A DNA stretch of 64,000 bases from positions 489-64,488 of the forward strand of contig JADGDF010000005.1 of assembly GCA_016745055.1 (NCBI GenBank), written 5' to 3'. The notes under the pieces are model-generated. The model saw only the letters and a program-made list of their open reading frames with translations, searched no databases and was not told the DNA's origin. Origin of the DNA: Thiotrichaceae bacterium. Lineage in GTDB: Bacteria > Pseudomonadota > Gammaproteobacteria > Beggiatoales > Beggiatoaceae. The translations under genes were made by a program, and so were the position numbers. Of the stretch, positions 1-9,886 are shown one piece after another; position 1 is the first letter of the stretch; each line of letters opens with the position of its first letter.

Positions 1-221
1 CGACTCCAGTAATTATGAGGTTCATTTGTCATCATGTTATTCAATATTCCCAGCAAGCTAGTAGGTATGTCATGGTTTATATTGAGAGTATTCTGGATTT
101 TTTTGACAATTTCGTCCATATTACTTTATCCAACAATTATTGTGTTTTACGTAGTAAGCAAACAATTTCAAGTGCAATTTTGAGCATTTTTGTGAACTTG
201 AAGGATTTATTGTTCATGCAA

Positions 222-274
222 GAGCAGGTTTGCAACCTTCTTCCAAATGTTATGAACGGAATTACAAATTCCGC
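222..274 (+). repeat. About 55-nt structured intergenic repeat (GCAGGTTTGTAAC family), copy 1
   Basis: gagcaggtttgcaaccttcttccaaatgttatgaacggaattacaaattccgc aligns with 35846-35899. Lies downstream of the 3' end of the cyclase gene at 319. Confidence 0.65.
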
Positions 275-318
275 CCAGCCAAACATCATATAAGTAAAGT
301 GAGAGTAAACGAACGCTA

Positions 319-2490
319 TTACTTAGGCATAATCCGTTTATTTAAAAAGTAAGTCGTCATTTGGCCTTTACCTTTAATATCCACTTCTCCACGTTTTTCC
401 AAAGAAAAATCTTTCTTCAACAAATGATAAGTGGCTTCTGAGACTTGAATTTTACCTGGTATACCTTGAGATTCCATGCGACTTGCAACGTTAACTGCAT
501 CGCCCCATAAATCATAATTAAACTTATTTTTACCAATGACGCCCGCTACGACAGGCCCCGTATGAATACCAATCCGTATTTGTAATTGTGAGGCATTTTG
601 ATGATTAATGCGTTCAATAGCTTTAAACATGGCTATAGCAATATCCGCGACAGCTTCTGCATGATCCGGTCGCTGCGTGGGTACGCCGCCAACTAACATG
701 TAGGCATCACCAATGGTTTTTATTTTTTCCAGCCCATGTACTTCAGTTAAAATATCAAATGCAAAAAAGATTTCGTTTAATTTATCAACTAATGCTCTTG
801 CGGAAATCCCTGCAGACATTTGAGTAAATTTCACTAAATCAGCAAATAATACTGTTACTTCATCAAAATCATCCGCAATGGTTTCTTTGTGGATTTTTAA
901 ACGATCAGCAATGGGTTTGGGTAAAATGTTTAATAATAATTTTTCAGATTTTTCCTGTTCTGCTTTTAAAGTTCTGAGATAGGCTTGTTCTTTATCTCTA
1001 AAGCGTTTTCTTTCTAGGGAAGCATTGATTTTAGCTTTTAAAATAACTTGATTAAAGGGTTTTTGTAGATAATCTTCAGCGCCCATATCAATACATCTGA
1101 CCACGCCATCAATTTCATCTAGTGCAGAAATCATAATGATCGGAATATGGCGTAATTTCGGGTCTTTTTTCATTTGAGCTAGTACTTGGAAACCATCGAC
1201 TTCTGGCATAATAATATCAAGTAATATCAAATCATAGTCGTTTTGGTAAACCATTTCCAAAGCCTGTTTACCGTTTTCTGCGGTATCTACGTTAAAACCT
1301 TGCTTATCCAATCGACGAGATAACAATTCGCGATTACTTTCTTTGTCATCTACCACTAATAAGGATGAAGTTTGAATAGCATTAATGAATTCTTGTTGTT
1401 CTTCTGATATAGGTTCTGGGGTTTTGGTCGTCTGGTTTGGTCCTACTAAAGTTGCAGCTTCTGGCAATTTAGGTAATTGGGGTGCAGTGTCTACCTTTGT
1501 GTTGCTATCTGATTTTGAAAGATGAGATAGGTCACTAATTATACTTAATAAACGACGGGATAAACTGAGAATTTGCTGCAAATGGCCACATGCTTCAGGA
1601 TGCACATCTATTTCTATGTCTTCTAACAACATCTCACTGTAACCAATAAAGGCATTGATAGGTGTGCGTAAATCGTGGCGAATAGTGGAACTGAAAGACT
1701 CTAAATCAACTGTTTGCGCTTCCCTATCGAAAAATAATTTTGTGACTAAGGTGAAAAGCTGATTACCTGAACGTAGCATTTTTTCTAAGTCAGGTGCGAA
1801 ATTTTCCAAATCATCATATTGTTTAGTTTGTGCTAAAATATTTTTAACATAGTCAATAATATTAGTTGTGGGCACCCTCAAGCTTTCGCCAATCGCAATC
1901 AAACTATCATCATTTAATGTAGTCGAATAATTAAATGCTGTTGTTGATTGTTCAACGATTATTGGAGACTGTGATAATAAATTTGAAGTTGTTTCTGTAA
2001 CTTCTTTTAAAGGAGGTTGCTGGTCTTGAGTCAGCCGGGAAAGATCGTCGATGAGGGTTAAAAGGCGTCGTGCTAACTGGATAATATGCTGTAAATTATC
2101 ATAAACTATTGGAAAGTCTGATTGACTCACATCTTCCAAAATCATCTCGCTATAACCGATAAAAGCATTGATCGGTGTTCGCAAATCATGACGTATCGTT
2201 GAACCAAAAGCAGATAGGTCTATCTCACCGTTGGGGAAGTTACATTGCGCAAATACTTTATGGATCAGACTAGACAGTTGTTCCCCAGCAACCAACATTT
2301 TGTCCAAATCACCACTAAAATCTTGCAATTCTTCATCTTGTTCTGAAACAGAAACAATGTATTGTAAATAGTTGATGATGGTTTGTGTAGGCGCATAAAG
2401 CTCTTGCCCTATCTCAATTAGAAGCACATCTTGTGTAGAATTGGTTTCAACTAGTGAAGGCACAATATGACCCATCTCCGCAGCGCTCAT
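319..2490 (-). CDS. Signalling protein: two tandem HisKA/DHp-like phosphoacceptor modules (no HATPase domain) + receiver (REC) domain + class III adenylate/guanylate cyclase domain
   Basis: 723-aa ORF. The H-box STIRHDLRTPINAFIGYSEM occurs twice (His101 and His272 of the translation). REC-like LLVVDDKESNRELL...DLILLDIIMPEVDGF. Cyclase motifs VTVLFADLVKFT, KTIGDAYM, RIGIHTGPVVAGVIG, YDLWGDAVNVASRMES. Confidence 0.85.
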   Translation of the reverse strand: MSAAEMGHIVPSLVETNSTQDVLLIEIGQELYAPTQTIINYLQYIVSVSEQDEELQDFSGDLDKMLVAGEQLSSLIHKVFAQCNFPNGEIDLSAFGSTIRHDLRTPINAFIGYSEMILEDVSQSDFPIVYDNLQHIIQLARRLLTLIDDLSRLTQDQQPPLKEVTETTSNLLSQSPIIVEQSTTAFNYSTTLNDDSLIAIGESLRVPTTNIIDYVKNILAQTKQYDDLENFAPDLEKMLRSGNQLFTLVTKLFFDREAQTVDLESFSSTIRHDLRTPINAFIGYSEMLLEDIEIDVHPEACGHLQQILSLSRRLLSIISDLSHLSKSDSNTKVDTAPQLPKLPEAATLVGPNQTTKTPEPISEEQQEFINAIQTSSLLVVDDKESNRELLSRRLDKQGFNVDTAENGKQALEMVYQNDYDLILLDIIMPEVDGFQVLAQMKKDPKLRHIPIIMISALDEIDGVVRCIDMGAEDYLQKPFNQVILKAKINASLERKRFRDKEQAYLRTLKAEQEKSEKLLLNILPKPIADRLKIHKETIADDFDEVTVLFADLVKFTQMSAGISARALVDKLNEIFFAFDILTEVHGLEKIKTIGDAYMLVGGVPTQRPDHAEAVADIAIAMFKAIERINHQNASQLQIRIGIHTGPVVAGVIGKNKFNYDLWGDAVNVASRMESQGIPGKIQVSEATYHLLKKDFSLEKRGEVDIKGKGQMTTYFLNKRIMPK

Positions 2491-2541
2491 GGTTATTGCC
2501 TGAATACTTAAAATGGGCGAGCAGGAATAATGCTAACATCC

Positions 2542-2907
2542 TCATTTAGAAAGTAAAGCATTAATTTTTTCTAAAAGACGCGGTAATTCAATAGGTTTAG
2601 TATCATAATCATCACACCCTGCAGCCAAGGCTTGCTCTCTATCGCCCGACATAGCATGTGCAGTTAAAGCGATGACAGGAATATTTTTCATTGCATCGTC
2701 AGCTTTAATTTCTTTAGTGGCTGTCCAGCCATCTTTAACCGGTAAACTCATATCCATCAAAATTAAATCTGGATTTTCTGAATGCGCCATGTCGACGCCT
2801 TTGCCACCATCTTCAGCAATAACGACTTCAAATCCCTTGCGAGTTAAGCGTCTTGACAGCATGTCGCGATTCATTTCGTTATCTTCTACTAACAGAATCT
2901 TAGACAT
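2542..2907 (-). CDS. Single-domain response regulator (CheY-like receiver)
   Basis: 121-aa ORF. ILLVEDNEMNRDML...DLILMDMSLPVKDGW...ALTAHAM...KP, the typical REC acidic pocket/T/K pattern. Lies 51 bp upstream of, and co-oriented with, the REC-cyclase gene. Confidence 0.85.
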   Translation of the reverse strand: MSKILLVEDNEMNRDMLSRRLTRKGFEVVIAEDGGKGVDMAHSENPDLILMDMSLPVKDGWTATKEIKADDAMKNIPVIALTAHAMSGDREQALAAGCDDYDTKPIELPRLLEKINALLSK

Positions 2908-3630
2908 TTATGTCTCCTTAAAAATTGTAACATTTTAAATTCGTTGATATTTTATTGTTATTTCACATGATGCCAAGGACACCAATTTGACTATCACATC
3001 CCCTAAAAGGTATGTATTATAAACGCAATTCATTTATTAGAAAAAGCAGACCTGTATTATTTTACTTTTAGTTAAATGAGTTAGATTGACATTTATTCAA
3101 TGTAATATATTATTTTTAAAGAAAAAATCAACTTTCAAATACACAAAATATTAATTTCAGCTAAAATTTTCTTATTTCAATTTACAAGCTTAATTATACC
3201 TTACATTTTAATTGGTTTGTGTAAACGTATTTAAAAAAGCATAGTACCAAGTCACGCTAAAATTGTGGTAAGCCATATTACAATTTTATACTAAAAATAT
3301 CTCAAAATTGTGACTTTTAAGCCTCAAAATAAAGTAGTAAAAAACTACCAGATTATAATGTAAAAATAAATTTACATTACAGCTTACTCAAGTATATAAA
3401 AAAGACAGTCTACAATACTAGATCACTTTCGAAATAAGAAATTGAAAAAGAGAAAAAAGAGTTAAACTCAAGAATAAGAAACGAGCCAAGGGGAACAGAA
3501 ATGAGCAATGAAAGGCTAGAAATTTATCAAATGAAAGGTTTAAACGATACTTAGGGTTGAGTAAGGACATATTTGAAGAGAGGATTAAATGTGCTTGATA
3601 TTCATAAAATCTCGCAGCAGGTGAATTAGA

Positions 3631-3663
3631 TAGGGTGCGTTAGCAATAGCGCAGCACCCTACA
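3631..3663. repeat. Hairpin repeat, family TAGGRTGYGTT...CACMYCTACA, copy 1
   Basis: tagggtgcgttagcaatagcgcagcaccctaca: 7-bp GC-rich stem AGGGTGC/GCACCCT. About 60 nt downstream of the 3' end of the sqdB-like gene. Related copy at 27161-27194. Confidence 0.6.
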
Positions 3664-3724
3664 TGGCTACTTTGTTGCTGTATATACTAAGTTTTTCAAC
3701 AATCTTAGTGAATATATCTAATTT

Positions 3725-4909
3725 TCACGAAGTTTGAGTATATGAATTTTTTCGCCACTTTGCTGTTGCTTCCATCTTATCTGAACTGCAACGATGCTGA
3801 TATTTTTGTGCAATTTCCTGTACTTCTCCAATAAGTCCCTTTTCCAACGTAATGGGATTTAATCCCATTGATAACAAGCATTCATTCGCAATGATAAATT
3901 CATTTTCCTGCGGTTCTACTCGTAAATTAGGTAAATAATTAATACTTGCACCAGTCATGCTGGCAATAGCTTCTGCAAGCAATTTGACCGTGTGAGTTTG
4001 AGTGATTTGATTTAAGATTTGCACAGGTTCGTCTACTTTAGGTGGATTATTTAATGCCAATTCAATACAACGCACAGTATCTTGAATATGAATAAAAGCA
4101 CGCGTTTGACCACCTGTACCATAGACTGTTAAAGGCTGTTTTAATGTTGCTTGGATAATAAAACGATTGAGTACCGTGCCATAAATTCCATCGTAATCAA
4201 AGCGGTTAATTAGCCGTTCATCCAATTTTGTTTCCTGCGTTTGGGTACCCCAAACAATGCCTTGATGCAAATCAGTAATTCTTAGATTATCATTTTTATT
4301 ATAATAATAGAAAAACACCTGATCTTGGGCTTTAGTCATGTGATAAATGCTGTCAGGATGAGGAGGGTAAAGCATTTTTTGGGTAATGGTCCTATTATCT
4401 TCCTGAATGTTGACGCTTAAATACCCTTCTGGGATTCTAATACCCGCCGTATGATAGCCATAAACTCCTATCGAACCTAAGTGCACCAGATAAATATCCA
4501 GCCCAGATTCGACGATACCACATAACACATTGTGTGTGGCGGTTAAATTGTTATTGACCGTATAACGTTTGGTGCGCTCTGACTGCATCGAATAAGGTGC
4601 TGAACGTTGCTCTGCAAAATGAACAATGGCATCAGGACGAAATGTTTCGAGTAAGTCTACAAAAGTATGGTAGTCGTTGGCGACGTCCAGCAGAAAAAAT
4701 TGTATTAGTTGACCTGAAATAGTTTGCCAAACTTGTAGGCGTGTATTGATTGATGTAATCGGTGTCAATGAATCAACCGCCAAGTCAATGTCAATTTTGC
4801 GGCGCGATAAATTATCAATAATGGCCACCTCATGACCAAGTTGAGAAAGGTGCAAAGCGGTTGGCCATCCGCAAAAACCATCTCCCCCTAAAACCATTAC
4901 TTTCATCAC
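3725..4909 (-). CDS. sqdB: UDP-sulfoquinovose synthase-like NAD-dependent epimerase/dehydratase (SqdB/SQD1 family)
   Basis: 394-aa ORF. N-terminus [17 protein letters not shown]...[11 protein letters not shown]...SLTPI, then [11 protein letters not shown] and the catalytic YHMTKAQD (YxxxK). These closely mirror plant/cyanobacterial SQD1/SqdB signature blocks as I remember them. Confidence 0.7.
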   Translation of the reverse strand: MMKVMVLGGDGFCGWPTALHLSQLGHEVAIIDNLSRRKIDIDLAVDSLTPITSINTRLQVWQTISGQLIQFFLLDVANDYHTFVDLLETFRPDAIVHFAEQRSAPYSMQSERTKRYTVNNNLTATHNVLCGIVESGLDIYLVHLGSIGVYGYHTAGIRIPEGYLSVNIQEDNRTITQKMLYPPHPDSIYHMTKAQDQVFFYYYNKNDNLRITDLHQGIVWGTQTQETKLDERLINRFDYDGIYGTVLNRFIIQATLKQPLTVYGTGGQTRAFIHIQDTVRCIELALNNPPKVDEPVQILNQITQTHTVKLLAEAIASMTGASINYLPNLRVEPQENEFIIANECLLSMGLNPITLEKGLIGEVQEIAQKYQHRCSSDKMEATAKWRKNSYTQTS

Positions 4910-5047
4910 TTTGCTCCTTATCTCCGTGCAAAAACACGCTTGTACTTTGAAATCAATCAGTTTATTATTGTTGCTATCTTAAGGAAACGCTTCAGTGGAT
5001 TAGCTCAAGCGTTCTTTTTATTTGTGCCATATACAATGTGTTTGCCT

Positions 5048-5677
5048 ATGTTAAAAATTGCATTATCTAAAGGGCGTATTTTTAAGGAAATTCTGCCATT
5101 ACTCGCACAAGCTGAAATTGAGCCATTAGACGATCCTGAAACTTCGCGTAAGCTTATTTTAGACACAAATCTTAAGGATGTAAAATTAGTTATCATCCGC
5201 GCAACAGATGTGCCTACTTATGTCGAATATGGGGCAGCAGACATTGGTATTGCGGGTAAAGATGTCCTTCTGGAATTTGGTAGCCAACGTTTGTACGAAC
5301 CTCTAGACTTGCAAATTGCCCGTTGTCGTCTAATGGTAGCTGGTTTTAAAAATGCACCGACACCTCGTAATCGACTACGTATTGCGACAAAATATATTAA
5401 TGTGGCTAAACAATATTATGCAGAACAAGGAATTCAAGTTGAAGTCATTAAACTATATGGTTCAATGGAATTAGCCCCACTCGTTGGCTTGGCTGATCGC
5501 ATTGTTGATTTGGTAGAAACAGGTAATACCTTACGTGCCAATGGTTTGGAACCATTAGAATTTATCGCTGATATTAGCTCTCGACTGGTGGTTAACAAAG
5601 CCTCTATGAAAATGAAACATAAGCGCATCAAAGATTTAATTCAAAAAATGCAACTAGCTATTGATACTAAAAATTAG
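5048..5677 (+). CDS. hisG: ATP phosphoribosyltransferase, short form (HisG-S)
   Basis: [14 protein letters not shown]..., [14 protein letters not shown]. The track ORF starts at 4940, but the conserved N-terminus begins at the ATG at 5048. A 209-aa product fits the HisZ-dependent short form. Confidence 0.9.
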   Translation: MLKIALSKGRIFKEILPLLAQAEIEPLDDPETSRKLILDTNLKDVKLVIIRATDVPTYVEYGAADIGIAGKDVLLEFGSQRLYEPLDLQIARCRLMVAGFKNAPTPRNRLRIATKYINVAKQYYAEQGIQVEVIKLYGSMELAPLVGLADRIVDLVETGNTLRANGLEPLEFIADISSRLVVNKASMKMKHKRIKDLIQKMQLAIDTKN

Positions 5678-5683
5678 TGCCAC

Positions 5684-6832
5684 ATGAATATCTTACCTTA
5701 TCCTCTGTTAAAAATAGGTATTATTGGTGGTGGGCAATTGGGCAAAATGACTGCCCAGGTCGCAAAGCAAATGGGATTTTATGTGACTGTCCTCGATCCA
5801 ACCCCCAATTGTCCAGCAGCACAAATTGCAGATCACCACATTGTGGGAAGTTTGTACGATGCTGATAAGTTGGCTTACTTGGTTTATGCCAGTGATGTCA
5901 CAACCTATGAAGTTGAACACATTGATGCAACAACCCTAGCGCTACTGGCAAATGCAGAACATGCCATTCATCCAGCGCCTCAATTACTTGCGGTCATTCA
6001 AGATAAATTGTTACAAAAGCAACGACTTCTTGAACATGGCATTCCGACTCCCAAATTTGAAGCCATTGAAGAACTTACACCAAAAACTTTACATCAACTT
6101 GATTTACCCATCGTACAAAAAGCACGTAAGGGCGGTTATGATGGGCGAGGCGTGGCAGTTCTAAAAGCAATTGAAGATGTGGATAAAATTTTGTCTGTTC
6201 CCTCTATGCTGGAAGAATTGGTTGACTTTGAAAAAGAAATTGCCGTCATAGTTGCGCGGAATATCCACGGTGAAATTCAATGTTACCCCGTTGTGGATAT
6301 GTTTTTCGACGATAGAACCAATATTTGCGATATTGTGGCAGCACCAGCAGATTTGCCAACTGATATTGCAGAAAAAGCACAACGCATTGCAATTCAAACA
6401 GTCGAAGTTTTGGAAGGTGTCGGGGTTTTTGGTATTGAAATGTTTTTAACTAAAGATAAACAAATTTTAGTGAATGAAATTGCTCCAAGACCCCATAATT
6501 CAGGCCATTACACCATTGAAGCCTGCGTGACATCACAATTTGAACAACATATTCGGGCAATTTGTGGTTTACCGCTGGGTAGTCCCCAACTATTGACACC
6601 TTCAGTCATGATGAATTTGTTGGGAGAACCAGATTATGAAGGCTCGCCTGTGGTAGAGGGATTGGCAGATATTTTAGCCATTCCAGGCTTATCTTTTCAC
6701 TTGTATGGCAAAGAGGAAACTAAACCTTTTCGCAAAATGGGTCACGTCACCATCGTGGCTGAAATCGTTGCAGACGCCATGAAAAAATTAGAAATTGTAA
6801 AAAGGAAGTTAAAAATAAAGTCCAAAACTTAA
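5684..6832 (+). CDS. purK: N5-carboxyaminoimidazole ribonucleotide synthase (ATP-grasp)
   Basis: 382-aa ORF. IGIIGGGQLGKM N-terminus, ATP-grasp core, NEIAPRPHNSGH, C-terminal KMGHVT. Confidence 0.9.
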   Translation: MNILPYPLLKIGIIGGGQLGKMTAQVAKQMGFYVTVLDPTPNCPAAQIADHHIVGSLYDADKLAYLVYASDVTTYEVEHIDATTLALLANAEHAIHPAPQLLAVIQDKLLQKQRLLEHGIPTPKFEAIEELTPKTLHQLDLPIVQKARKGGYDGRGVAVLKAIEDVDKILSVPSMLEELVDFEKEIAVIVARNIHGEIQCYPVVDMFFDDRTNICDIVAAPADLPTDIAEKAQRIAIQTVEVLEGVGVFGIEMFLTKDKQILVNEIAPRPHNSGHYTIEACVTSQFEQHIRAICGLPLGSPQLLTPSVMMNLLGEPDYEGSPVVEGLADILAIPGLSFHLYGKEETKPFRKMGHVTIVAEIVADAMKKLEIVKRKLKIKSKT

Positions 6833-6838
6833 TCCTTA

Positions 6839-6914
6839 GGAACGAGAACTAAATAAAATTAGAAACAAGACCTGGCAGGTTTTTAAAAACCTACCAGATC
6901 TGATTGAAAACTTA
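6839..6914 (+). repeat. About 75-bp dispersed intergenic element with central palindrome (CCTGGCAGG family), copy 1
   Basis: ggaacgagaactaaataaaattagaaacaagacctggcaggtttttaaaaacctaccagatctgattgaaaactta, starting 7 nt after the purK stop. Near-identical to the reverse complement of 13976-14050. Confidence 0.8.
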
Positions 6915-7146
6915 ACCTACTAACTACAATTTTCAAGTGACCAAATAAAAATGCTTAGAACAGATAAATAATCTGTTCTTGCATAACTGTACAAAGCAGC
7001 AAATATTTCTACCTTTTCTTTAATTTTTTTGTATTTTATCTCTAATAATCCTCATATCCTGCAAATATTCTATTGACATTTATGGAATAATCACAAAATA
7101 TAGAAAAGTTCCTCTACAAAATAACAATCACAAGGTTATTCATCTC

Positions 7147-7869
7147 ATGCAGCAAAATACCATTTTATTTACTGGTGGCAGTGGATTATTAGGGGGGGAA
7201 GTGCAACAACTTTTACCTGATGCGCATTATCCCACTTCTTCTGAATTTAACGTGATAGATTATGAAAAAATGCAGGCATTTATTGCGGATAAGTCAATAA
7301 AATTAATTGTTCATGCTGCTGCATTTACTTCTCCTCCCATGATTGATAAAGACCCCAAAAAAGCAATTGATGCCAATATTATTGGTACGGGCAATGTCGC
7401 TAAACTTTGTATGGAAAATCAATTGCGTTTAATTTATATTTCCACCGATTACGTATTTGATGGGAATAAGGGGTTATACAAAGAAAGCGATCCAGTGTTG
7501 CCCGTGAACAAATATGCTTGGTCAAAACTGGGCGGCGAATGCGCAGTGCAACTGCATGGTAATGCGTTGATTATTCGCACTTCCTTTGGGCCTAACGAAT
7601 TTCCATTTCCCAAAGCTTTTGTTGATCAGTGGACAAGCCGACAATCTGCTAAAGACATGGCAGCAAAAATTGTTAACATAGCCACACAAACAGATGAAAA
7701 TGTCACGGGTATTATGCATGTTGGTGGACCGAGACGGACGGTTTATGAATATGCAAAAAGTTTAGACCCAAATAAAGAAATTGGTGAATTATCCATCCAA
7801 AATATGAATTTCAGTGTCCCTAAAGATACCTCTTTAGACTGTCAACGTTATGAACAACTCATAAAATAG
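7147..7869 (+). CDS. RmlD-like (dTDP-4-dehydrorhamnose reductase family) short-chain sugar-nucleotide reductase
   Basis: 240-aa ORF. TGGSGLLG Rossmann motif, the STDYVFDG block typical of RmlD substrate-binding family, YAWSK (YxxxK). Shorter than canonical RmlD. Confidence 0.65.
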   Translation: MQQNTILFTGGSGLLGGEVQQLLPDAHYPTSSEFNVIDYEKMQAFIADKSIKLIVHAAAFTSPPMIDKDPKKAIDANIIGTGNVAKLCMENQLRLIYISTDYVFDGNKGLYKESDPVLPVNKYAWSKLGGECAVQLHGNALIIRTSFGPNEFPFPKAFVDQWTSRQSAKDMAAKIVNIATQTDENVTGIMHVGGPRRTVYEYAKSLDPNKEIGELSIQNMNFSVPKDTSLDCQRYEQLIK

Positions 7870-7879
7870 GAGCGTGAGT

Positions 7880-8836
7880 ATGAAAATTTTACTGGCTGGT
7901 GGTGCTGGTTTTATCGGTTCAGCACTAATTCCCAAATTGCTTGAACGCGGTTATGAAGTCGCTGTCATTGATTTATTGTGGTTTGGCAACCATTTACCTG
8001 AAGGTGTGAAAATTATTGAAAAAGACCTGTTTCAATGCCAAAAAGAAGATTTTATTGGTTACGATCAAGTCGTTTTTTTAGCTGGTTTATCCAATGATCC
8101 CATGGCGGAATTTAATCCGGCCTTAAATTTTGTATCTAATGGTGCACAGCCTTCTTACTTAGCGTACATTGCAAAATTAGCAGGGGTTAAACGCTATATC
8201 TACGGCTCTTCATGTTCCGTTTACGGATATACTGTCAATGAATTATACGACGAAGAGTCACCTGTCACCTGTGGTTACCCTTACGGTATTTCCAAATTAC
8301 AAGGTGAACGTGGCGTCCTTCAAATGCAAGACGACAATTTTTCTGTCATTGCGTTGCGACAAGGTACCGTTTGTGGTTACAGTCCAAGAATTCGGTTTGA
8401 TCTCATTGTGAACACTATGTATAAAGCCTGTATGACAGAAGGTAAAATCACTGTCAATAATCCTTCAATCTGGCGTCCCATTTTAGATATTCGCGATGCG
8501 ATCAATGCTTATTTACGCGCTATTCAAGCAGATTTGACTATCAGTGGCGTATTTAATGTTGCTTCAGATAATTATACTGTAGGTCAAGTGGGTGACATGG
8601 TCAAAGAACAAGTTGAAGCGTTGACAGACAAGAAAATTCAGCTGAATATTAAACAAATTCAAGATTTTCGTAACTACAAAGTCACTTGGGAAAAAGCAAA
8701 AACTGTGTTGGGTTATGAACCCAAACATAGTGTTTCCAGCATTATTGCTGATGTACACAGCCATCATACCGAATATGGGGATTTTGAAAACGATCAATTT
8801 TACAATATTCGTACGTTTAAAAAGCTTAATCTTTAA
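7880..8836 (+). CDS. NAD-dependent sugar-nucleotide epimerase/dehydratase (extended SDR)
   Basis: GGAGFIGS Rossmann motif, YGISKLQGE catalytic YxxxK. The ATG at 7880 lies 7 nt after AGGAG (7868-7872). The GTG at 7874 used by the track is too close to the SD. Confidence 0.75.
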   Translation: MKILLAGGAGFIGSALIPKLLERGYEVAVIDLLWFGNHLPEGVKIIEKDLFQCQKEDFIGYDQVVFLAGLSNDPMAEFNPALNFVSNGAQPSYLAYIAKLAGVKRYIYGSSCSVYGYTVNELYDEESPVTCGYPYGISKLQGERGVLQMQDDNFSVIALRQGTVCGYSPRIRFDLIVNTMYKACMTEGKITVNNPSIWRPILDIRDAINAYLRAIQADLTISGVFNVASDNYTVGQVGDMVKEQVEALTDKKIQLNIKQIQDFRNYKVTWEKAKTVLGYEPKHSVSSIIADVHSHHTEYGDFENDQFYNIRTFKKLNL

Positions 8837-9232
8837 GTGTTATGATATTTAATGTAGGTTCCACGAAGTAAAAAAAGTTTTTTCTCTTCCACACACTGCA
8901 CATTCTTGCTTTGTGTGGAATGAATTCAAGAGAAATTACCCTTCTTGAAAAATCAGTGCCCAATCCTATCTTTCTTCTGTCATCGTCATCTTTTATATCG
9001 AAAAGCTTAAAATCTAAACTTAATCATTTTGTTCTGTGTGTTGGGTTATACACTTCACTGAGTTTAAAGCTTGGTTTTTATTTCCTAGTGAATATTTTAA
9101 ATTCATCAAGTTAAAAGCTGTTTAGGGGACTTCACCTAAATTAATTATGGGTTTAAAGCACATTTTCCTTGTAACATGCTAAAATAGTCCCTACTTAGTC
9201 TAATTCAGTAATTGGTAACCAAGGAGATAGTT

Positions 9233-9838
9233 ATGGCTGTATTAGTTGGTCGTCCTGCCCCAGACTTTTGTGTACCTGCAGTATTAGGTAGTGGTGAAAT
9301 TGTTGATAAATTCTGCCTTTCAGAAGCAGCTAAAGGTAAGTATGCGGTTATTTTCTTCTATCCACTAGATTTTACCTTTGTTTGTCCAACTGAATTGATT
9401 GCTTTTGATAAGCGCTTGGATGAGTTTAAAAAACGCAATGTTGAAGTCATTGGCGTATCTATTGACTCTCAATTTACCCACAATGCTTGGCGCAATACGC
9501 CTGTAAATCAAGGTGGTATTGGGCCTGTACGTTATACGTTAGCAGCCGATATGGCACATAACATTGCTAAAGCTTATGACGTTGAAACGCCAGACGGTGC
9601 TGTTGCATTTCGAGGTTCTTTCCTGATTGATAAAGAAGGGATTGTCCGTCACCAAGTGGTGAATGATTTACCTTTGGGTAGAAACATTGACGAAATGTTG
9701 CGTATGGTTGATGCTTTAGCTTTCCATGAACAACATGGTGAAGTTTGCCCCGCAGGTTGGAAAGAAGGTGATACAGGTATGAAAGATACCCCTGACGGTG
9801 TCGCTAGCTATTTATCTGGCAACGCAGATAAATTATAA
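9233..9838 (+). CDS. Typical 2-Cys peroxiredoxin (AhpC/Tsa family)
   Basis: FFYPLDFTFVCPTE (peroxidatic Cys) and EVCPAGW (resolving Cys). The ATG at 9233 is preceded by AAGGAG (9221-9226). The track start at 9212 is a TTG lying upstream of that SD, so it is unlikely. Confidence 0.9.
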   Translation: MAVLVGRPAPDFCVPAVLGSGEIVDKFCLSEAAKGKYAVIFFYPLDFTFVCPTELIAFDKRLDEFKKRNVEVIGVSIDSQFTHNAWRNTPVNQGGIGPVRYTLAADMAHNIAKAYDVETPDGAVAFRGSFLIDKEGIVRHQVVNDLPLGRNIDEMLRMVDALAFHEQHGEVCPAGWKEGDTGMKDTPDGVASYLSGNADKL

Positions 9839-9886
9839 TTGCTAACAACACATTGTTAACACTCACCTAAAATTTCCATTTGGTAG

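Noticed and set aside
15-293. 92-aa ORF at the left edge
   Set aside because: It has no SD and odd composition, and it overlaps a copy of the 55-nt intergenic repeat (222-274). It lies in the 3' flank of the convergent cyclase gene and is most likely non-coding.
4940-5047. N-terminal extensions proposed by the ORF track for hisG (and similarly for sat 41445, the peroxiredoxin 9212, minE 25097, nusA 55354, the HD protein 34146 and the repeat protein 44903)
   Set aside because: In each case the conserved family N-terminus begins at an internal ATG with a better-placed SD. The extension is non-conserved, overlaps the upstream gene, or uses TTG/GTG.
8911-9114. 67-aa ORF between the epimerase gene and the peroxiredoxin gene
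   Set aside because: It has a GTG-type start in the track and no SD, and it gives a low-complexity Ser/Leu-rich product. The region is more plausibly the promoter or leader of the peroxiredoxin gene.
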